Of a stretch of 64,000 nt of DNA, positions 53,601 to 64,000 are shown in pieces (within the stretch, counting starts at the first letter, position 1; the number at the start of each line of letters is the position of its first letter). The DNA lies in the NCBI GenBank assembly GCA_964057225.1, contig OZ059899.1, forward strand, positions 6,944,001-7,008,000, in the 5' to 3' direction. A model generated the notes under the pieces. The model did not search any database. It saw only the letters and a program-made list of their open reading frames with translations, and was not told the origin of the DNA. The DNA is from Auanema rhodensis (taxonomy: Eukaryota; Animalia; Nematoda). Both the position numbers and the translations under genes were made by a program.

Positions 53601-56600
53601 AAACCAATTGAAATACGTTCAAAGATTTCAAAGAAATAGTTTATGAATTGAGAAAGTTTTAAGCTTTTTTTCAGAATAAGTTGGTAAAACTACCGTAGTT
53701 TACGATGTCTCTTGGGGTGCAGTTTGCTGCATAGGAATTAGTCCAATATATTTTCCGCCTGGAGATTTTTAATTACGCAATTAGGCTATTGTTCATATAG
53801 GTTCCTAATAACTCTCGGCTGGCGTCCATTCATTAAGACCTTAAGACACAAAATATATGACATTCAACGATTATATATAAACGATTGTCTTTTCCTTAAA
53901 AAGGAAATAACACAAAATTTTTATAAGTTTTCATGTAATATACATACATACTTTACTAGATTTTATGTATATTAAAACTTTATTCAACAAAATTTATGCT
54001 AACGTGTTTATGTGTATGCTGCTAGCAGCTCTTAAGACAGTATCCTATGTCACCTACCGTAATCAGATAAATAAGTCGGATGACTCATTATGACATATTA
54101 TATAAGTTGCAGAGATGACTATGTCTCATCTTCTCAATGTCTACAATTGGCATATTGAACTATAACATTTTCATACAAGGATAAGAGAGAAGGGCGGCTT
54201 TTGAGTTTTCCATCTTTTAGTTCCAACTTAAATCATGAAAAGCATAAAATGCTCATTTATTTTCCTGCAAAACCTGGATGCGTGTAAATTCAATTCATTC
54301 AAGCTATTGTTTCACAAATAGAGATTAGAAGGTAGTTAATGACTTTGCCAGAAGAACTCCAATTACATGGCCGACTGAGTCTAAGCTGTAGAACTTTCTT
54401 TTCATAATGCTACCTGAAGTTATATAAAAGCGAAGGTGTATGAGCAAGGTTTGATATGCTCACAAGAATATTAAATATTTTTTATTAAAATAATGTAGAA
54501 AAAAAAGTTTTTTTTTCCTATAAATTATGTGAAATGTGAAAATTATGCAAGACCACCATTGTATTTCTATAAAAAATAATAGAAACGAGAAAATGGACGA
54601 CCAGCTAGACCGTAATCCTAAAATTGAAATACAACAAGTCAATCATGAGATTGTCGTCAACCAAATACCAACACAACAAGTTGAACTAGTCATTTGGAGG
54701 CAATTCATCTTACAAATGGCAGTTGTTAATTGTTCCAATATCTTAGCACGATTAACGGCATCTACTTATTCAAATTCTTCTTTGATATTTTGTTTCATGA
54801 CGTTCAGGTTTTACTTCAACTAAATGAAGATGCTTGTTGAGGAGTAAAGAGTAAGAATGATGATAGTGTTTGATGAAGTATCAGAAATCTATAAACTACT
54901 TTTAATTACAAATCTTTCCAATATGTCCTTCATTGTATTCAAGATTTTCTTAATAAACAGACTAAATGTCTGCACGACAACTTGAAGAGATTCTTCATCT
55001 TGCACTCTTCTCAAGCTTTCCTGGGTTATTCTGTTCGCCTTCAAGCGATATCGTCTATGTTTCTCAATCTTATAGCTTATTCAATACAAATGGAATATGT
55101 ATAAAACTATTCAATTATTTTAGAAAAAAAGCTAAAAATATAAGACACTTTTTAGATTTAATGACCGAACATAGTCATGGTAACATATATAAACGAATAT
55201 TCATAATAAACAGAATTCAATGTCATTCTCTCTCACGTTTGAGCTTCATATTTCTTTTATTCCTCCTGTATCTCAGTTTTTCTCTCTATTAAAATAAAAA
55301 GAGTAAAATGGAAAAGGAAAAAAGAAATATAAGGAGATCCATGTATGCCTGGCCGACTCAACATTCTTAAATGTCTCTAATCCTAGTCATTTGTCGTCCA
55401 AATATGGACAGCACTGGAATAGAATAATGTCTCATAATTCTCTCTTATTATTGGCATTTAGACATCAGTATAATAATCCCTAACTCTCATTTTCCTTCTG
55501 TCTTGCGTTATGTCATACAGCAAAGATGAAACTCAATTGAATATTAGCCAACAATTTCTCATAAAAATGATTTCGATGGTTGATTTATCCTTACAAAAAC
55601 TTTTAAGAGTTATAAGGAAACACAAATGAATAACTTTGTTGTTTTTCATTTTGAATACATTGAACATATTCGTTTAACTATATGTATCGATGATCTACCT
55701 TAATCACACTCAAATGACTAGTTAACGTTTTTCCTTTTGTTCAACAACAGAAGCTTTTTTGAGAAAAAGGGAAGAGTTTCTATTAACCGTCATGGCTATT
55801 CACCTTCTCAGCTGTTTGATGAATGTGGCATCTTTTTTAGATGAAAATCTGACATGAATAAGGAGACGAGACTGGCGCCAGCTCAATCTCAAATTGACTC
55901 CAAATAATTGGTTCAGCTAATGGCAACATCTTCGAATGTTTATAATATAAATTTATATTTCATGTTATTTCAAAAAAACTATAAATGAAAACAAAATTAT
56001 ACAGCTAAGTATATGAGTGAAACTTCAACATGTAATAGTTTTCTCAACATTTCAAACCCGTCTTTCACTTTTAATTCTCAATAATTTCATCTCGTCATCC
56101 TCTTCTATTATTAGAAGTTTCTCTCTATTGATAGCCAATTAGAACTATTTAAGAAGCTTTTGATCCTTCACAAGCCGTTCCAGTAACAGAAGGAGCGTAA
56201 CTTGACAGAAGAAAGGCTGAGCCTTATGTGTTACTGCCGATTGACAGACCGAGAGACTGCAGATCCAAGACGCAATTTGTGCCCAACCGAGGATAAGCTC
56301 TCATAATAGCCTAATTTGGTAGACAAACAGGAAATTTGCATTGAAGTCCATCGTCTTTAGGCTGACTTTTCATTCACACACAATAAATTTCTAATCGGCT
56401 GCTCGTTTACGACACGAAATTCATCCAACCTCCTCTCACTCCTCTCTTCACTTCTACCACCCGTGGTAAACTAACTATTGACAAATTTCTCATTTATATA
56501 ATATGAGAAGATTTAGAAATTTTCAATTTTATCTATTATTTTCGATTTATTTGGCAAATATTCAAAAGATCATTATTCCTTTTTGAAATTTTCGATTTTC

Positions 56601-59044
56601 ATGTAGTTCATGACTAGACTCTATCTGTTGATTCTTTGTTCTCTTGCTACCTTTATATCTCATACTCTTGTCTCTCTTATTTTTTCTCTTTTTGCTTTAT
56701 TCTCTGAAAAGAGATAGAAACACAGTTATACAAAAGATATTTTTTATTTTTATTTTTCACACTTGTTGTTCTTATATATGATATCTTACTCTAACAATAC
56801 TATTTTCTAGATCTCATCACATTTCTAATTTCCATGTAAGACCTTATAATGTTTCTGAAATCTTTTATTTTATTTATTTATTTATTCTTTTAAACTACGG
56901 TAGCTATAATAAAAACTGTGGTTGTAAGCATTAATTAAAATTGGGCGGAGACTAGTGCTGATTGGCTCTTCCTTGACCACGCCCCCTTTTATACCCTTTG
57001 GCAGTTTATGCGGTTGCAGCTGGTTGACACACTTTGAATAATCGTCAGTCAGCTTCATATTATCATAAGAAATTGAATTTCTATTCTTATTTCTAATTTG
57101 ATATAATTTTTTTGGTGTTACAAGTAAGTACGTATAAAGAAATATCAATTCATACAGATTATATCTTATCAAATAATTTAAAAATTTGTCGTATTGATAC
57201 TCTTTATTTTATATTTAAACATACATATTACTATGATAATATCCTCAAAAACAACATGTTTTATTTCCTTTTTGTAGTGAATTCATCTATAATTTGAAAA
57301 CTTTTTTTCTGAATAACGACTTGAAATTCATTATTCCTTCTCCACTTATACTCACTTTGATCTAAATTTCTTTTATTTAGTTTGGAAAAAAAGTTTTATC
57401 CAGATTATTTCTTCATTATTCTATTTCATTATCAAATTCAAACCAATTCAATTAAATTCCACACTGCTAACTATAATGCTAATTTGAATGCTTTAATATA
57501 TTTTGAAAACTATTTACTTAATGCCATCGGGCAGAAATTTCTTCATTATGATGAAGTTGGTAAACCTGAAAAATTAAAATATTTTCTAATTATTACGTAT
57601 TAAAGCTTAAAACTTTTAATTATTCTTTATTAGTTTATTTATAAGAAAATCTTTATTCAATTTCAATTAATATTAATTTCTATAAATTATGATGAAAATC
57701 AACCGCGTGCACTTCTAATTAATTGAAAATGAGTTTCATTTTGGACGTGACTACTATCAAGTGCTGTGACTCTCTGTTCTGACTCTATAATATTTTCAAT
57801 TATAATTAAAATAATAATATTAATTCAATTAATTCAATTAATTTATATTTATATTTTTTCTAAATTTTCTGTTCATTTTCGATTATACACTGAATGCTCT
57901 GAACTCCCGTCTTCTTCATCATTAATCATGAACACAAAAAAAATCTATTTGTTTTTTCTTTCCCTTCCTTATACGTTTGAGCATGGAAATTCATTATTTT
58001 TACTATTAAATCCCAACTAATGACTATGATTTTACGTCTTCTGATTGATGATATTCATTTTCGTCTCATTGCGAGTTTTACGAAGGAAATATATAGAGAC
58101 AGTTTGATTAGTTTATTCTTTTTAAAATTCAAGGAATAACAATCAGAATTGTAAGTAAGTCAGTTAAAGCCTTTCAAGTCTTTTAATAATAATCTCTCAT
58201 TAGTCATTTGACAATTTTAATCATTTTGATATATTAATTCTTTTCTTTTATTTTCTAAGATACATTCATATATAATAGTAATCTATTACTTAGAAAACTA
58301 AAAACTGAATAAAAGAGGAAAAAAGAAGATCTAAATGTAATTTAGAAACTTAATTCATTAGAACAAATTATATAATTCAGAACATGATTTGAAACAAAAA
58401 TCTTAATTAATTAGTTCAATTTATTTAATAAATATAATATTATACATATTATATATATAGAATTGTATGCTAATTATTTAATCAAAGAAAACAAGAAAAA
58501 AATTAATTTAGATAATTTATTTTCAAATCAATCAAATTTTGATTTTATTTTTTATTTTTTCTTGTATCTTCTTAAATATTAATCTTCTGTTCTTTTTCAA
58601 TTCTCATCAAAACAATATATACATACATCATTAGATAATCTCTTCAGTGTGATGATGAAGTAAACAAATATATAGAACAATTAAAAATATTTTCAAAATG
58701 AACAACAAAATTATTTTCTTCAAATGGTAATTAAGTTCACGAAAAAGATTTTTTTTGTTCCCTTTTTAGCAAAGTTGTATTAACTTTTTTTCATTTCAAC
58801 CTTACAAGATAAATTTTGTTTTTAATTCTACATGCGTGAGATACGGTATGCATTTTGTTCAAAAATTGAAAGTTATAAGTAGTTTTCCGTATAGGATTCT
58901 GTATCTAATTGTGAATATAGTTGAACTAAGTATATTTAAGAAGGATTTTAATAGTCATCAAAGGATTTCATAGACTTGTATTTGATTGTACTACGATGGA
59001 GAAAGGTGAGACTAATAGTGAGAATAGAAAGAAAATGAGAAAGA

Positions 59045-59056
59045 GATAGAGATAAC

Positions 59057-59115
<59 letters not shown>

Positions 59116-59125
59116 AGATAGAGAG
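59045..59125. repeat. (GA)n microsatellite
   Basis: Interrupted GA run. Confidence 0.9.
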
Positions 59126-59369
59126 GAGTTATAATAAATAGAGGGAAATGAAAAGGATGATAGAAATAAAGAGTTAAATAAGACTATGAGTAGAATATGA
59201 ATGGTAAGAACAAGCTTCCTACCGTATTCTTCTCACTACATGCTGCTGTCCTTTCATCTCATCATCATCTTATGTTAATGGCTAAATATCTCAAGAATCC
59301 TTAAACTCATGAATCAACGAAAAATGAATACAATTCATAATAAACTTTTCATCGAACCTATTCTGTATC

Positions 59370-59935
59370 CTAGACGACATCACCGACATATGATCATCAG
59401 TCTTTGAGGAATTTGTGCAGCTGTAATCGAGATATTTCATTTCCTAACCCAATTCTCTTTTCCAATACGTCAGAAACTCAAAGCCTTATTAGCTTTCTAG
59501 CCAGTGTCAGTCATGGCAAATTTCAATTGTATAATCTTTTTCGTTTCTTTTTTTACAAAAAAAATAACGACAATCAAATACGATATTGACCATTTCGGCA
59601 GCTCATCAACTGTCTTTGTTACCTGTCAAAATCTGAAAGATGAATGACCCATATATGGTTTGTTGGCTAGCTCAAAGCCGAAGACTTCTTTCACAAATTT
59701 CATTGTTAGATTTGACGATTGCCCATCTGCACTCCTTATTAGGACGTCATTCGCCTCATTAACTTTGTACATCATTCACACCTTTGCTACCAATCGCATT
59801 TTTTTCGAAGATTTTTCACAAATATGCTTTAAAATTTCCAAAACGTCTGTCAGCTGAATATCCAATGTAACAACAGACTTGACCATTCTGTTTGAAACAT
59901 CAGCAACATGTTGATCTCAATTGTTTTTGCTCTCA
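59370..59935 (-). mobile_element. Highly decayed Tc1/mariner transposase remnant (N-terminal HTH region)
   Basis: Minus-strand DNA ...atttgtgaa...aatgcgatt...aaggtgtgaatgatgtacaaagttaatgaggcgaatgacgtcc...gagtgcagatgggcaatcgtca follows, with frameshifts and stops, the mariner pattern ICEVYGENA..KV..W..KF.EG..DV..E.RSGRPS. A degenerate LG..K..A..IP..LT motif lies downstream. Confidence 0.45.
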
Positions 59936-62580
59936 TACTAAACATATAATCTTCACAAATATTTTAGACAAATTAATATATGATTGTTAAGAATACAATT
60001 TGTTATCATAACAGTAATTCATAAATTCAAATTGATACCGTAGCCTAGTTCTTATTAATACCTTTTAATCTTTTAAGTTACTTAACCATATTAGGACACT
60101 TTAATATACATCTTGTTATCAATTGATTTTATAATCATTTCCGTAAACATCTTTTCTATTTCTATATACTATAACACAGTTCACGAATTTGTATATCTTA
60201 ACCTCCTATAACCTTCCATTTACTTCCCACCCCTTCTTCATCATCTCCTCCTCCCTCTTACCAGATTTTCTCTTTCCTTCTTTTTTTTTATACATAGTCT
60301 TCTTACTTTCTATCTAATCAAATGATAAATCTTTTACTTTTTAAATAATGTTATATCATAATCTTAGTATGATATCCGTTTCAAAAAGTTCCGGGAAATA
60401 ATCAGAGTTCTGTTTGTTGCAATCACAGGTCTAAATAGAATGAATTACTTGATTTCCTTTTTGAATTAAGAGACGTTTCCGATCGCTGTAATTCTTATTG
60501 CACACTTGAATCGTTTTAACTTCATTAACTATATGCATGCACATTTGCTTTAACTCATAGTAAATATTTTTTTTAAATAAAAGAATTGTGAATATTTGAA
60601 GAATTTCATTTCAATTTTACCTAAATTTTCACTTTTGTTCATTTCTTTTCTAGAAAAAAAAAACGAGAAATCTATTGAAGAAATATGATAATCATTCCTT
60701 TATTTGATTTTTGACTGTCTCTCTTGCTCTCTCTTTCTCTTTGTCAATCCCACTCGAGCATCCTTTATCATCTTTTTCCTTTTTTGCTATTAGGAAATGA
60801 ATAAAGTTTAAGAATTATTTTTAAAAAAATGTTTGGAGTCTTATATATGTACATACAATCAATTTATTTATTTAATTTTAATTAATTAATATATATTAAT
60901 ATTATATTAATATTATTTAAATATGCTATTATTATTATTGTTAATTGATTTTTTAATAATTCTGACCGTTATAACAGAGTTAGGATCATCTAGCTGTTTG
61001 GTTACTATGATGATGACTAGCTGACAATGTTTGCGTTACAAAACGTCTTCATAGTAAGACTCTGAGATCATCCCATAAATAGACAATGAGTCTTCTAGAT
61101 CTTACAACTTTTTTCTAATTTATTCTATTTTTCATAAGAATTTCTATCATTTCTCATCTCATTCATCTCTTTAGTTTTTCATTTAAAAATCAACTCTTTT
61201 TCATTCCATAAAAGCTAGCATTGTGATCTATAAGTATTTTCAACTTTTGCACAAAAAAAATTTGCAAAATGAAAACAAAGACGAATTTAGAATAATTTTT
61301 CTAAAATATAAGAAAAAAAACTTTTATTTATTCTTATCATATTATTAAAACTTTTTTTTTCTTCTATTATAGTGTTTGAGAAAGGTTAACTAGATAGACG
61401 AAAATCGTGCTTTTCTCAAGTTCTTCATATTTACATATTTTATCAGATCTTTTCTGATTCATATATAGAAAGCCTTATTTGTCAAACTGATCATTTATGA
61501 TCTTATCGTCACACGATTAATTCTAACACAATTTCATGAATCTTCTTCATATTATTTTTTTTCGACAAAAAAAATCTTTTTTAGATTCTTCTATAGTTTC
61601 CATAAAAAGTCTATTCCGTTATCAGTTTTTAATATTTTTATTCTTAATTGCAGTATCTCAAGTGTATAATTAGCCTAATTATAAATATTTTTGTTGATTT
61701 TATTCTTATGAAGTTAAAAAAATAAATAAAAATAGGATACCTTAATTTCCTGTATATTCGTTCACTTGGTATTTTTAGATATCATTTTAAAAAACATAAT
61801 TGTTTAATTGGCATAGTATGACATCATGCATATGCAGCGAATATCAACATTAGTATAAATAATATAAATTATAAAAAAAAATAAAATAAATATAACAATG
61901 CATATATAATATTAAGCCGATTCTTTCTCTTTACGAATCATATCTAGCTTACCTGTACACATTTTATTTATTTCAATCTTAAAGCATTTTCTCATATATG
62001 TTCTTATACCTATTGCCGTTTTTTATTATTTTAAACTAACTACTTAACTTTAGATTGAGCTTAATCGTTCGGACATCTGGTGCACTTCCTCTTATACACA
62101 TACGCGTGTTGGCGCCTTGTTGTCGCGATTCTACCTGTCTTAAAGCTTTAACCTGTCTAAGGATATTGTTCATCATATGCAGATGTTCAACATAATCTTT
62201 AGGGAATTGGTAATAATTTCAGAAAAAATAATAGAAAAATCTGTAATTGAGTGTATACCTTCTTTACCTTATTTGAAATATTCGAATACGAATGTTTTGA
62301 ATGAAACAACATAATTCACTATCTAATGATTACTGCTTAGAGCAATAGCCACTCTATTAAGCTTTTCATGGTTTCCGTGACACAAAACTCTTTCTCTTTC
62401 TCTCAGTTATACCTATTCTGAATAGCAATTTCTCCTCAACACTTTATCTTATATGGAAAATTGTCTTATTCAGTGTAAATTTCATTGAGCTGTTATTGCT
62501 GTTCTTTCCAGCATTTTGTATTTCGAACAGCAAACTATAATGACAAGTAAATGAAAGAAAAGCATAATCAGTTCTTCAAA

Positions 62581-62584
<4 letters not shown>

Positions 62585-62632
<48 letters not shown>

Positions 62633-62646
62633 CTCTCTCTCTCTCT
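62585..62646. repeat. (CT)n microsatellite
   Basis: Near-perfect CT run. Confidence 0.95.
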
Positions 62647-64000
62647 TACTTAGTCTGCCTTTCTCTTTTCTTACATTAAAAAAACTTAAGACCTAAGAAA
62701 AATAAGAAAAACATAATGGGTAAAGCAGAGAGAATTAGAGAAGAGAAAGAAAGGCAATTAATATCTACCGTATCCGGACTTAAACTGACGACATTACTCC
62801 TACGAAGGGTACAACAGAATCGACAATTCATTGCGACATGGCTTCCGACAATATTTGACATAAATATGATCAATTTCTTATATTATTTGTCTGAATCATC
62901 AAATTGACAGGCACTATGAGAGCACAGTGAAGCGAGGAGGGAGAGCGGGAGAGGAAGTTTGTAGCTGGTCATAATACTTAGTTCTACATTTCTTCGGATA
63001 TTTGGAAATATACAATCAAAAAGAATAAATTTTAAATTCAATTGATAGGTAAGATGAGTTGAACCTAAATTGTTTTGAAACAGACTTTGCATATCTTTAT
63101 AACTCAAAAAAAAGACTTAAAGATAAACACGTGATATCACTATTTTTTCTTTCTATCACTTTATGTGTAATATGCAAATTCTAATAAAAATATAATCAGA
63201 AAGAGAGAGAGAGATTAATCTCCAATCTTCGTTATTAGATTAACTTTTTTATCTTACTTCAATAATATTGATGAATTATTTAGATTAAAAGCTCCTATAT
63301 CTATGTAAATCGGACTAAAATTAAAAGAAATGTGTATACTATCTTTGGATTTAAATAATTTTATTTCAAATAATATTAATTTTATTGTATATATATATAT
63401 ATATAAATCTATATCTATATATATACAAAAATAGCTGAAATTTTAATTTTAACAGCTTATTGACATTAAACATACCGTAATCTACCTATCCTCATCTGGT
63501 TTTCTTATAATTATTGACGCGCTGCTCAATTTATCATATAAAAATTTTCAAAAAATATAATACCATATGTTTATACAAAATTGACATTTTTCAATGTTAT
63601 ATTTCTTCACTTTATATCTATTTTACTACTTAACAGTATGATTCTGTTCACTAAAGCTTTATTCCATTTGACGATCTTTCATGCATTTCATATTGCCATA
63701 GCGTGCAACTAATGGCACAGCTTATGCGGATATTATTCATTGTAGATAATATCCGTATTTAGACAAACAGTTTTTAAAACAGAAAATTCTAATAAATTTT
63801 CTCATTTATCTTTAACTTTTCATATTATGAAAGCATTAAACATAGATCTTTTAGTGCGATTCACCAATATTTTAGCAAATCATTTGCCATTTTAGACTAT
63901 AGTCCAGATCTCATTTGTGATGTCATCACTGACAATTCTTTAAATTTTTTATTAATTTTCACATTTTCCTCCCAATACACAGCAAATCTATCCTGCACTA

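Noticed and set aside
51795-55292. Short ORFs at 51795, 54536 and 54966
   Set aside because: No motifs and no convincing splice partners.

Overview
AT-rich eukaryotic genomic DNA from a nematode (rhabditid-like). The call rests on many ~45-55 nt GT-AG introns, TTTCAG/TTTTAG trans-splice-type acceptors directly before start codons, and operon-like spacing. The supplied ORF track is mostly exon fragments, so gene models were assembled by hand and boundaries are approximate. Positions 1-47.7 kb are gene dense. They hold TMEM104; a MPDU1-TIMM29 pair; TBC1D24/tbc-7 with several alternative first exons; a PDRG1-TRAPPC4-LAMTOR4 operon-like cluster; a multipass membrane protein; a FAR1/ZSWIM3-N zinc-finger gene; a head-to-head PP1-like phosphatase / TTBK-CK1-like kinase pair; ttll-11 with an intronic tRNA-Gly and an X-box; a TDP43_N + coiled-coil + CBM48 protein; a divergent VPS4-like AAA ATPase; an orphan Cys-loop channel; and RSF1. 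Positions 47.7-64 kb contain no gene I can recognise, only microsatellites and a decayed mariner-like relic. The most interesting unexplained signals are: two oversized, foldable introns (one carrying telomere-template-like words), a near-identical duplicated 153-bp structured element resembling a C/D snoRNA, the TDP43_N-CBM48 domain fusion, and a probable GT-TG intron. All family assignments come from motif recognition by eye; no searches or folding programs were run.
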